This document shows, one piece after another, positions 24,101 through 34,430 of a DNA stretch of 64,000 nt. The notes under the pieces were generated by a model that saw nothing but the letters and a program-made list of their open reading frames with translations, made no database searches and was not told the origin of the DNA. The DNA lies in the NCBI RefSeq assembly GCF_011745625.1, contig NW_027191471.1, forward strand, positions 248,001 through 312,000, given 5' to 3'. Made by a program: the position numbers and the translations under genes. Source of the DNA: Cladosporium halotolerans (Eukaryota). How positions within the stretch are numbered: position 1 is the first letter of the stretch; each line of letters opens with the position of its first letter.

Positions 24101-24880
24101 CATTCCGAGCCGTGGCCAAGCTACTTTGACCCGGCATTGCTGTCAGCCTCAGACGACGAACCTTCCGGCATCCCACAGCGGTGGAGGCTTGGAAGCCAGA
24201 TCACATCAGTTGCCTCCGAGGATATTCACATCAAGGGTGCGGAAATCGTAATTGACCGAATAGCGAACGATGCCACATTCAAAGTACTGGAATCGAGCGA
24301 GAACAAAGATCAAGTTCTGGCGCCAATTGCAAAGACCGAAAAATCGTTTCAGATTCTAACACAGAAGTTTTCGCTCGACGACCGTAGACCGACAATCTTG
24401 GAACTCTCTCTCGCCGTGTCTTGGGCCCGAGATGCAGACTCTGCTACCAATACCACGAGAGTCACTGTCCCACGCCTCAACATGCCCTCGTCAGAACCGA
24501 GAGTGCTCTGTGTTGCTGCTGTTTCCGAGCAAGACACCTCCGACATTCTTCTGCAATACTACCTGGAAAACCCGTCAACTCATTTCCTCACCTTCGTCGT
24601 GACGCTAGAAGCAAATGATGATTTCGCGTTCAGCGGCCCGAAGCACAGGACCTTGAGTCTGGCGCCATTCAGTCGCCACCTGATTACGTACAACTTGCTC
24701 GTCCACGGCAACCGAGAAGAAATTAAGCTTGCTGATGGACAGGGTCGCTGGATCTGGCCGGTTCTGCAAGTCTTGGACTCGTATTTCCAGAAGTCTCTGC
24801 GTGTTCTGGCTGCTGGTCCTGGGGTCCGTGTTGATCCTCAGCGCGGGTTGGGCGTCTGGGTGCCTGCGCCAAAAGCATGA
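21130..24880 (+). CDS. TRAPPC11: TRAPP III subunit TRAPPC11 (Gryzun/foie gras-like); exons 21130-21408, 21467-24880
   Basis: Intron 21409-21466. Characteristic segments HNLPLVLLSGL, HSPLSPLSPGSPIFPDG, EYYRDLTKHARRKK, GWNVRYEMKQGVFAEFRQEMD, LENPSTHFLTF...FAFSGPK. Confidence 0.88.
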
Positions 24881-25068
24881 GAAAAGCAGTCTTGCAGAGT
24901 GATATCCGTTACCTGGGATTCCACTGTCATTATACATGAATCAATACTGAACTAGAATGTATCACGTGATTCTAGTGTCACCTTCGCAGCCCTCCGCGGA
25001 ACTCATGCGCGCATTGCTGCCCCGCACTCTCCTCCACTTCCAAACACACCAGTCAGAAGTTACGAACG

Positions 25069-25842
25069 ATGGACGTCGAGGCACAACAGGCTAAGTTCGC
25101 CATCCACCAGGCATGTCGCGAGGGACAAAGTATGCGGCCTTCGCCACATTATCTACTTCATCTAAACTGACCGAATAATTCAGCCAAACTCGTCGAATCT
25201 CTCCTAAACGCCGACCCTAAGCTCGTCTCCCGCCGCGATGATGATGACCGGCTGCCCTCGCACTGGGCCGCTTCCTACAACCGCCTGGACATCGTCGAAC
25301 TCCTCGCAGATCGCAAAGGGTTTGACATCGACGCCCAAGATGGCGCAGGCTGGACCGCCCTGATGATGGCCGCCAGCATCAAAGACAGCGACGCACTGCT
25401 CGACTTTCTGCTCGGCAAGAATGCCGACGTCGACGAAAAGACCAACAACGGCCAGACGGCGCTGCATTTCACCGCTTCGAAGGCAAATCTCGACGCTGCT
25501 AAAAAGCTCGTCGCTCATAAAGCTTCCGCCCGCGTGAAGGACAAGCGTGGACAATTACCGCTGCATCGCGCCGCGGCGGTGGGGAACGTGCCGATTGTGA
25601 AGCTAATGCTAGAGAATAAGAGCCCGGTCAATGCTACGGATATTGATGGGTGCACGGCGCTGCACCACGCCATTGCGGAGGGACATGGTGATACAGCGCT
25701 GGTGTTGCTGAAGGCAGGCGCGGAGACGGACAAGAGAGATTCGAACGAGCGGTTGGCAATTGAAATGGCGCCGGATGCGAAGGTCAGGGATTATGTACTG
25801 AAGTACGCTGAGGAAGAAGGGATTGAGATGAGGCCTTCGTGA
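25069..25842 (+). CDS. NAS6: Ankyrin-repeat proteasome assembly chaperone Nas6/gankyrin (PSMD10)-like; exons 25069-25129, 25184-25842
   Basis: Tandem ankyrin repeats (GWTALMMAAS, GQTALHFTASK, GQLPLHRAAAVG, GCTALHHAIAEG). Intron 25130-25183. Confidence 0.82.
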
Positions 25843-25975
25843 TGATGCGAGCCATTTCCAACTGAAGGCATGTGGCGCGCCAGCTCGCAGGTTCTCCGAC
25901 GCAGGCTAAGCCTTAGACAGTTTGGGAGGGATGGTAATACGGTATCCTGCTCAATCATTTGAGAGATACCATCAT

Positions 25976-26175
25976 AGGCGTTCAAAAAGACTTCCAGTGG
26001 TCGAAATACGAATTCTGGGTGCTAATGTCTACGATAGATCTTGTGTATGTGATATTGGCCGGAGAAGGTTCGGTAAGGCGTTCAAAAAGACTCTCTGTGG
26101 TCAAAATACAGATTCGAAGTGCTACCGTCTCCTATAGATCTCGTGTGTGTGATATTGGCCGAAGAGAATCAGGAA
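25976..26175. repeat. Diverged 100-bp direct tandem duplication (2 copies, ungapped)
   Basis: AGGCGTTCAAAAAGACT...ATAGATCT..GTGT.TGTGATATTGGCC recurs exactly 100 bp apart; about 78% identity by hand alignment. Confidence 0.9.
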
Positions 26176-26423
26176 AGAGGTGATAACACAGGCTTGCGGA
26201 CAAGTGGTGTCAGGGAACGACAGTGGCCTAGGTATGCACTATGGGAGGGAAAGGCTTCGATGGAGACTCGTGGGAAAACTGATCTGAAAGCTACGTACTC
26301 AGGGACTCTTCAGCTGTACCTGCACAATCTTCTCACTCTCTGGCTAATTTCACATCTAGAATCATGTTTCAGAGCGAACCAGCTCGGCCGCCACTCAGTC
26401 TCCATGCATTCCTCTCTTGGACC

Positions 26424-28135
26424 TTACACCAGGAGAGCCGCCAACCCCATCGCGCCACCCAGAACTCCCGCTGCAGCTCCAAAAACCTTGTCTGCCATTG
26501 CTTCAACAGTGACAGTAGAGGTGGTGGCTTCCGGTGGATTTTCATCATTTGTCTCGCTCGGTGCCTCGGTCGGTTCAGGCGTGGCTTCCGGAGGCTCGTC
26601 GTTGGTCTCGCTCGGCGCTTCAGTCGGCTCAAGCGTGGTTTCTGACGAGTCTCTGTCGCTACTCTCACTCGAGGGCTCAGTCGGCTCGGGAGGGGTGGTA
26701 CCGATGGTGAAGGTTGCGGTGATTCCGTCTGCTGTCGGCTCTGCCGGTGACAAAGTCGTCACGATGTTTACTGGTACGTTAGTCAGCTCCATCGTGCCTT
26801 GCACAGTGACGGCAATGAAGTTTGACACACTCGGCGAGTGGGTGAAAGTGGATTCGCCGAGCATTTCACTCCGCGTGGATTCGTGGTGCAAGGTGACGGT
26901 AGTGGTGTTGGGCTCTGCTGGTGGGCGGGTGGAGGTGGATCTGGTGGGCCTCTTGCTCGATGCACGCGTGGGCCGGACAGTGACGGTGGTTGTAACGACT
27001 CTCACAGGCGATTTTACAGTGGTAGAGGTGCGCAGCTCCTGACTCGATGGGTCCCGTGTGACAAAAACGATCTCGATGATCGTGCCTCGCGTTGGAATAT
27101 CCACGCTCGTCGGAATGACAACACTTGGAACAACCACGTTGTTTGGGAGCGGTTTTGTCAACTCCGTCACTGTCTGCACGACAGGGCTAAGCAGACTGGT
27201 CCCAGAGACTGCAGCTCTCGGAGGTCCAACATTCGACACCAGCGGCAGACGCGAGCTCAAAGGTGCCGAAACCAGGATCGTTGAGACGACCGTCTCAACC
27301 GCTGGAACGAGAGGGATATCGCGAGATTGAACACTTCCAGCGCTAGCTTTCTACGCCGGTATCGCACGAGAGCTCGGGGGAGGCGTGTGAACGGTAGGTG
27401 GGGCAGCCGTCTCGTTCTTGGGGCTAGGGGAAACGGGGGAAAGAGAAGAAGCACATGCCGGCCCAGAGTCGACCGGACGAGGTTGCGTACCAGATTGTAG
27501 TTTGAAGTTGGCGCAGGTGAGGCGCGTCTTGTCCGCTGCGTGAACGACGACGCTCAGGTTGCCGACAAACGCAGGGGTGCCCTCAGCGGTCGAGATGTAG
27601 GCGTCAACGTAGCTGCCGGTTTCACATGTCAGCAAGAGTCTGATTCCTGAACAAGCAGCGGAAGCAAGATACTTTGCCGCGAAACTAGGTCCGTTCATCT
27701 TCCCATGCTTGCCAGACAGATCGCCGACCTCGCATTTGTCCGGCTGGCTCGGATCGCAGGGCGGAGTGTCGGTGGCGCCGTACGGGTCCAGGTGAGAACC
27801 CGCGGTTGTACAATTGAGGCCGGCGACTGGGCATTTATGAATGTGGTACGCTGCGCAGTCGTCAGCATTCGTGTTTGAAATTGCAAAGAGGTGATCAAAT
27901 ACTGACTGAATGGCCCTCCTTTGTCCGGCAGCCCGGAGATCGAAATCTGGACATTGGCACCGGTGCCGTTGGCATTGCTGTTCACAGCTACGGCGCCGCG
28001 AATTGCGCTATCACTCTTGTCCGGCAGTATGGCGATGTACTGCATGCCGATAGGATTGTCCTCGACGACCGGAGCATCTTCTGCAAATGCGAAGGAGAGA
28101 GCGGATAGGCCCAGCACCAGGGCGAAGGAGCGCAT
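26424..28135 (-). CDS. Extracellular Cu-only superoxide dismutase (SOD5-like) with Ser/Thr/Pro-rich stalk and GPI signal, interrupted by an in-frame TAG at 27353-27351
   Basis: Signal peptide MRSFALVLGLSALSFAFA. Introns 27851-27906 and 27613-27672. Motifs YHIH, GSHLDPY, CEVGDLSGKHG, SVVVH...RLTCANF. The same frame continues after the TAG to a hydrophobic C-terminus (GAAAGVLGGAMGLAALLV). Confidence 0.85.
26521..26631 (-). repeat. Coding tandem repeat in the SOD stalk (2 x 18-19 aa, EPTEAPSETNDE(N)PPEAT)
   Basis: Visible in both the translation and the DNA (about 54-57 bp unit). Confidence 0.85.
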
Positions 28136-28871
28136 TTTGGTGACCGGGAAGCGGTGCAGGATGATGCAGATGAAACGAAGGAGGCTCTCCCAGTACAGGG
28201 CGATCGAAGGTGAAGGTTTGCTCAGTTGGAATGCGGGCAGATTGTCAGGTCAACAGCAGCAAGCGAGACTTGCTCGAACTGGCCGCTACGGACGAAGGGG
28301 TAGGAAGATGCTGAGCAGGAATGTTGAAGGGCGGCAACACGGGTTGGTGACAGGGTGATGAGATGCGGTGATAAGTGAGGATGATGATGAGGATGAGGGT
28401 GGAGGAGAAGAGGTCGCAAACGACCAAGCTGGCTGTGTCTAGGCAATAAACAAACGCCGACAACCACGCAGGTGACACCTTGGCCTGAGGCAGGCGCCCT
28501 GCGTCACAGCGACGACCTGCAGGAAGCAACCAATCGCTCTGCAGGAACGGACCAATGCTGAAACGCCACTGCAGCCGCGGCCAGAACAAATTGACCAGGA
28601 CACGTTGGCCAGGTGACATGGGCGCGGAGTGTGTCACATACAATCGTGTGGCTTGGACTTGGCATGAATGCCTGATGTCTGCTGAAGTACTGCTATATTG
28701 ACTGATCAGCTGCCTTGGCAAGAGTGTTCCTCTTCGAATTTTGTTGCGGTCCCTTTGGCCCTGACATCCTGCCTCATGGCATCCTGGTTTCCTTCTTAAC
28801 GGTAGATCTGAGTGCGTGCTCAGCCATCCGAATCGCTCCCGGGGTATACTGCCATAACGTCTTCCACACTC

Positions 28872-30800
28872 TCAACCGTCTTGCTTCTGCTTCTTGACAG
28901 GAAGAGCAGGGACCTTAAAACCCTGCGCATCTGTCTTTGCCGGCGTGCCACTCCCACCAACTTGCGTGAAAGTGCCGCCCCTAAACCAGCGGTCTTCGTC
29001 CGCCTTCCTCTTTCTCGTCATTTCCTCTCTGACCTTCGGGTCCACAAGTTCGAGACCCTGCACTGGTGTGAACGCAATGGTACTGGCAGTACCGCCCGAA
29101 TTGCCGACTTGTGTCCTGGTCCCTGAACCGACGCCTGCGGTTCTTAGCCCGGCGTTCTTCAACGTAGTCGAGTTGCTGAGACCACCACCGAACCCGCGCA
29201 GAGAGGTTGCTGTACCACTGGTCGCAGGCGTAGCGCCTCCCCAACCGGGGTTCTTTTTGCTGAGCTTGGCGCGAGTCTTGTCGTCGACCTGCATCGAACG
29301 GATGCGTCCGTCGTCTTGCGCGCCAATCATACCAAGTCCCTTTGTGCTGTCGCCAGCGCCGTATCCCACCTCGGCCTCTTCTTTGCCAAAAGCCATACGG
29401 TTCTGAGCCTTGCGTAGATCGGTCATTGCTGTTGCTTCCTTCGCCTTTCGTGCACGACGTCCTCCGCGTTTACGCGCTGGCTTCTCATCTGGAGCAGGCA
29501 GAGCACGCACGCCCGAATTGGGAGGCGCTTCTGAGAGCTTGTTGATACGCTTCTCCACCTGGTCATAGAAAGCCAAGCCTTGTTCACCGTTTGGCGCTTC
29601 GTGTGCCTGGTCAACACGCGCCGCAAGTACTACCTTCGCACTGAGAATGCGCATGGCTTGCGTCTTCAGGTCCGATGGCACCGCGCGGATGATCTCGTTG
29701 TTGAAAAGGAACCCCTGGTGGCGGATTCCGGTGTTGGTAGCCAGACCGATGGCTGAAGTGTTCTTTTTGCTTCCAAGCGGGGCAAGATTGCAAGCCGGTG
29801 TCTTCGCCAAACCAGTAACGCCTCCCGCGTAGTTCAGAAGTTGCGCTGCAGTAAGTGATCCAATGAGTGTTGTGAGGTTGGGCGCGAAGATGTTCATGCG
29901 TGATCGCACATAGTCCGTGAGAAGCTTCTTCGCTCTATCCAATTTCAAAACCATTTCGCAGGCACGCATCACTGTCGCAAGCTCGGTTTCCGAAAGGGGT
30001 TCACCTCGCGTATTCGTTGCTTCGACTGTGACAACCATGACTGAAGGTCCGTCAAGGACATGTCTGAGCGTCTGTCCCACCAAGTTGTCCTTGTTCTCTG
30101 AAATGGTTTTGATGTTGTCCATGGGTCCATTGCCGATTATGGCTACAGCTTTGGCGTAATCCAGTGGGTTCTGAATCAGTGTCTCCAGCTCCGGGAAGCG
30201 TACGGAATAATGGTCGCGAATAAACTTATGCACGAGGATAATCTCGCTATCGATGCTCGTCGAAAGCGTATTCGACTGAGTCAAGAGCTTGTACTCTGGG
30301 TTATCCTCGATGCTGCCGATGTTCGTGGTTTGTTTCTCTGAGGGAAGAGTCCTGTAGTGCTCGATTCTCTGCAAGCAAAAGGGTCGCGTTAGGGCTATAT
30401 TCAATAATGTAAACGACGGGATTTCATCTTCGTCTCGCAAAGGGGTGGGCTTGCTTACCTCCATGACCGGCTCCAGCTGCTTCATCAACCCAGCAACACT
30501 CCGCACATCCGACACACTGGACAGCTCGAGCTTCTCAATACGCGCTTTCGCTTCTTCCTCGTCTTCTGCGTCCTCCATGTTCAGATGCGACGGCGCAGCG
30601 GTATTCGAGTCCGCCTCCTCGTGCTGTTCTTCGTCGCCGTCGAGCTCCATGTGACCTCCAGCGGGCGCAGCCGATGGCTTGAAGGCACCGTCTTCTTCCG
30701 AGTAGCCATGGTCGGCGAAAAGCTCGCCGTTCTGCTGGTCGTCCTCGCCTTCATCGCCGCTCTCAAAGTCGTTCAAAAGATCCTCGGCCACAGTTGTCAT
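28872..30800 (-). CDS. PRP31: U4/U6 snRNP protein Prp31; exons 30800-30459, 30368-28872
   Basis: NOSIC/Nop domain (HKFIRDHYSVRFPELETLI, APNLTTLIGSLTAAQL, LAARVD) and C-terminal RKRGGRRARKAKE...TDLRKAQNRMAFG. ATG at 30800; 90-nt intron 30369-30458. Confidence 0.95.
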   Translation of the reverse strand: MTTVAEDLLNDFESGDEGEDDQQNGELFADHGYSEEDGAFKPSAAPAGGHMELDGDEEQHEEADSNTAAPSHLNMEDAEDEEEAKARIEKLELSSVSDVRSVAGLMKQLEPVMEVSKPTPLRDEDEIPSFTLLNIALTRPFCLQRIEHYRTLPSEKQTTNIGSIEDNPEYKLLTQSNTLSTSIDSEIILVHKFIRDHYSVRFPELETLIQNPLDYAKAVAIIGNGPMDNIKTISENKDNLVGQTLRHVLDGPSVMVVTVEATNTRGEPLSETELATVMRACEMVLKLDRAKKLLTDYVRSRMNIFAPNLTTLIGSLTAAQLLNYAGGVTGLAKTPACNLAPLGSKKNTSAIGLATNTGIRHQGFLFNNEIIRAVPSDLKTQAMRILSAKVVLAARVDQAHEAPNGEQGLAFYDQVEKRINKLSEAPPNSGVRALPAPDEKPARKRGGRRARKAKEATAMTDLRKAQNRMAFGKEEAEVGYGAGDSTKGLGMIGAQDDGRIRSMQVDDKTRAKLSKKNPGWGGATPATSGTATSLRGFGGGLSNSTTLKNAGLRTAGVGSGTRTQVGNSGGTASTIAFTPVQGLELVDPKVREEMTRKRKADEDRWFRGGTFTQVGGSGTPAKTDAQGFKVPALPVKKQKQDG

Positions 30801-31089
30801 CCTGAAAGATGTGGCGCGTAGCGCGCTACGTGAGAAATGGAGAGTCGCAGGTTCGAGAGCACCGTATCTAGAGAGGTATTTCTCAAAATAGTGCGTTGCA
30901 CGATGTTGTGGTTGCGAGCAGTTCGAATCGCGAAGTATGATGTAGGAAGCTTGAAGCCGCGAAGCTTGGCGCGCGACAGCGTTAAGCATGTGAACGCTCT
31001 CACGTCTTCACCAGAATCTTTGATCCTCCGTCGCAACTGCCACCACAACCCATTATCTGCACTGGGCCGAGCTCCAGCACTTCAACACC

Positions 31090-33120
31090 ATGGAGTCCTC
31101 GCGTGGCCCTCCAAGGGTCAAAAACAAGGCCGCTGCGCCGCAACAGATCAGCGCCGAGCAACTTCTTCGTGAGGCCGTCGACAGACAGGAACCGGAAGTT
31201 GAAAAGCCTACCCAGCGTTTTGCCGATCTAGAGGAGCTCCACGAGTACCAAGGACGAAAACGAAAGGAATTTGAGGACTATGTTCGCCGAAACCGCCTCA
31301 ACACCGGCAACTGGATGCGCTATGCGGTCTGGGAGCTGGAGCAGAAGGAGTACCGTCGCGCGCGGTCTGTGTTTGAGCGTGCCCTGGATGTGGACCCGAC
31401 GAATGTGCAGCTTTGGATGCGATATGTCGATTCTGAGATGAAGGAGCGCAATATCAACCATGCGCGAAACGTCCTCGACCGTGCGGTCACAATACAACCG
31501 CGTCTGGATAAGCTGTGGTACAAATATGTCTACATGGAGGAAATGCTGGGCCAGATCCCGAACGTAAGACAGGTCTTTGAGCGATGGATGAGCTGGGAAC
31601 CGGATGAGGCGGCTTGGTCGGCGTACATCAAGTTGGAGAAGAGGTACGGCGAGTACGACCGTGCGAGGAATATCTTCGAGCGCTTCACGATTGTCCACCC
31701 CGAGGCACGAAATTGGATCAAATGGGCGAGATTTGAGGAGGAGAACGGCACATCGGATTTAGTGAGGGAGGTGTTCGGCATGGCGATCGAAACCTTGGGC
31801 GACGACTTCATGGACGAGAAGCTTTTCATCGCCTACGCCCGGTTTGAGTCGAAACTGAAAGAGTACGAGCGTGCACGTGCGATCTATAAGTATGCCCTTG
31901 ATCGCATGTCACGTAGCAAAAGCGCCATCCTGCACAAGCAGTACACCCAGTTCGAGAAGCAGTTCGGTGATCAGGACGGCGTTGAAGATGTGGTACTGAG
32001 CAAGCGTCGCGTAATGTACGAGGAGCAAGTCAAAGAGAATCCCAAGAATTACGACGCTTGGTTCGACTACGCAAGGCTGGAGGAGACCTCAGCAAACCCC
32101 GATCGCGTGCGCGACGTCTATGAACGCGCCATCGCCCAAATGCCACCATCGCAGGAGAAGAGACACTGGCGCCGCTACATCTATCTTTGGGTTTTTTACG
32201 CGCTCTACGAAGAGCTCACCAATCGTGACATGGAAAGAGCAGGCCAGATCTACCAGGAATGCCTTAATCTCGTGCCTCACAAGAAATTCACCTTCGCGAA
32301 GATCTGGATCCTCAAGGCACAGTTCGAGCTGCGACAATGGCAGCTGGACCGGGCACGTAAGACGATGGGCATGTCCATCGGTATGTGTCCGAAGAACAAG
32401 CTTTTCCGAGCCTACATCGAAATGGAACTTAAGTTGTTCGAGTTCACGCGCTGTCGGACGCTTTACGAGAAGTGGATTGAATGGGACAGCGGCAACTGTA
32501 CTGCATGGATCAAATTTGCGGAGCTGGAGCGCGGACTGGAAGATTACGAGCGCGTCAGGGCAATCTTCGAGCTTGCTGTCGTCCAGCCGCAGCTCGACAT
32601 GCCGGAACTACTATGGAAAGCCTACATTGATTTCGAGGAGGAAGAGGCCGAGTATGAACGCACTCGGGGTCTGTACGAGCGTCTGCTGGAGAAGACCGAC
32701 CACGTCAAAGTTTGGACTTCGTACGCGCACTTCGAGATCAACGTGCCTGATAACGACGTCGAAGTCGGCGAGGACGAGGAAGTGCCTATTTCCGAAGCTG
32801 CGAAAGCACGTGCGAGGGCCGTCTTTCAGCGCGCGCACAAGCTGTACAAATCGAAAGATCTTATCAATGAACGTGTGGCATTGCTCAATGCTTGGAAGAG
32901 CTTCGAGGATGCGCACGGTAGCGAGGAGGACAAGGCGGCAATTGCCAAGCAAATGCCGAGAAAAGTCAAGAAAAGAAGAAGACTGGACGACGACTCCTTC
33001 GAGGAGTACATGGACTATGTCTTCCCGGCCGACGATGCAGGAGCGGCGGGTATGTCCAAGCTTATGGCAGCGGCACAGGCCTTCAAGCGCCAGCAGCAAG
33101 AGACTGCTTCGGCGTCGTAG
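31090..33120 (+). CDS. CLF1: Pre-mRNA splicing factor Clf1/Syf3 (crooked neck, HAT repeats)
   Basis: [23 protein letters not shown], many HAT repeats ([11 protein letters not shown]), [24 protein letters not shown]. Confidence 0.96.
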   Translation: MESSRGPPRVKNKAAAPQQISAEQLLREAVDRQEPEVEKPTQRFADLEELHEYQGRKRKEFEDYVRRNRLNTGNWMRYAVWELEQKEYRRARSVFERALDVDPTNVQLWMRYVDSEMKERNINHARNVLDRAVTIQPRLDKLWYKYVYMEEMLGQIPNVRQVFERWMSWEPDEAAWSAYIKLEKRYGEYDRARNIFERFTIVHPEARNWIKWARFEEENGTSDLVREVFGMAIETLGDDFMDEKLFIAYARFESKLKEYERARAIYKYALDRMSRSKSAILHKQYTQFEKQFGDQDGVEDVVLSKRRVMYEEQVKENPKNYDAWFDYARLEETSANPDRVRDVYERAIAQMPPSQEKRHWRRYIYLWVFYALYEELTNRDMERAGQIYQECLNLVPHKKFTFAKIWILKAQFELRQWQLDRARKTMGMSIGMCPKNKLFRAYIEMELKLFEFTRCRTLYEKWIEWDSGNCTAWIKFAELERGLEDYERVRAIFELAVVQPQLDMPELLWKAYIDFEEEEAEYERTRGLYERLLEKTDHVKVWTSYAHFEINVPDNDVEVGEDEEVPISEAAKARARAVFQRAHKLYKSKDLINERVALLNAWKSFEDAHGSEEDKAAIAKQMPRKVKKRRRLDDDSFEEYMDYVFPADDAGAAGMSKLMAAAQAFKRQQQETASAS

Positions 33121-33393
33121 TATGTACTGCAGCCATACAGTTCACATTCTGCGCAGGGCATCTGCTCTCGTACTAAAGAACCAGTCTCACTCTCGTCACG
33201 TTGTCAGGGGCCCAATCTCTTGTCAAGTCACACGATTTACTTCAACAGCTTACCTTTTAGGTCAATCTTATCATACAGCATGCGTAGGCCTACTAAATTG
33301 ATGGATGTCCGTCACCAATGTCATTTTTCGATGATTAGAGTATGCTTGGACATCTCAGTATCCATGTACGTACTGATTCCGAAGGCAAAATTG

Positions 33394-34025
33394 TTATAGG
33401 AGCATTGCGACAGCGCTAAGCAGAGCAGCAGTCCCGGCAATCGCCGCTCGTTGGACATTTTGTGCGCTCCATCTCGCAATGAGACCCAGAACCTCCCCAT
33501 CATTAGGCGCTTGAAGCTGTCCCATCGCCTTGCTCTCGAGCGCCATAATACCTGGCCACATCACAACTTTCGTGAAAGGCACAATGCAAGGCGCCAGGAC
33601 TGCTGCTGCGCCGTACAGCAGCGACTTGGAAACCAGCACGTCTGACTTGACATTCCGATCGGAACGTCCTTGTTAGCGAAAATGATCTATTCGAGGCATC
33701 GGAGAATACGCATACATTGGTAAGCGAGGAAGGCGAAGCATCCTGAGCAGATGATCGCAAAGGGCGGCGCAGCTGCTTTGCCGAGATGGAATGCTTTACT
33801 CCATTGCAGGGCCAGATGTGCCCCCGACACCGGTGCCGCTTGCAATGCCGGGACGGTAGTCGTGCTGAAGCTTGCGATATAAGCTATGAGTGGGTGGTTA
33901 GTAAACACGATGATGGTTCAGACATCTGTAATAAGAAATGGGCCGAGCATACCCGTCAAAAACGAGGCGCTCGATAAGCCGAGGACTTGTGCTGCAGGTA
34001 CAAAGCTGTGAAGTCGGGCTTCCAT
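33394..34025 (-). CDS. DUF1772/anthrone-oxygenase-like small membrane protein; three exons, second acceptor uncertain
   Basis: MEARLHSFVPAAQVLGLSSASFLT, intron, AYIASFSTTTVPAL...LALQWSKAFHLGKAAAPP, intron, LYGAAAVLAPCIVPFTKVVMWP...LIARWSAQNVQRA. Confidence 0.72.
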
Positions 34026-34430
34026 TTTCGTGAGGTTCCTGATGTCCGGAATTAAATATCGACGAATTGATCAGGAGCAAAGCTGCGGCAATCAGAGCTG
34101 ATCGGTATATATCTCGTGGGTCTACCTGAAGGATTCGGGTGTCCAGCACTGACTCTTGCCAACTCGCGGTTTTGCCCGGTTCAGGTCTAGTACGTGAGGA
34201 TCTGTGCTTATTAAAAGTCGAACCATCCTGGTATCCTGACTGTTTACCTTGCGTATCATCACAAATATGGCCATATCCGAACCATACAATCGAGGAAAAC
34301 GTTTTGAAGAGCACCGCGGTAGAGATTGCCATGTACCTGATATAATTCATGCGGACACTATTCGGGATAAGATGGACAACGACATTTCGGTATGCTACCA
34401 ACTTTACTGAACCGTTCAGCAATTGGGTGT

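Noticed and set aside
24961..24970. ATCACGTGAT palindrome upstream of NAS6, with other CACGTG sites at ~7434, 12968, 15349 and 56049
   Set aside because: Generic bHLH E-box that cannot be assigned a function from sequence alone.
25976..26175. CRISPR-like interpretation of the 100-bp repeat
   Set aside because: Eukaryotic context, only two copies, similarity across the whole unit with no unique spacers, and no cas genes.
30801..30989. 63-aa N-terminal extension of Prp31 in the ORF track
   Set aside because: It would occupy most of the 289-bp shared promoter. ATG 30800 gives the typical MTTVAEDLLNDF start.
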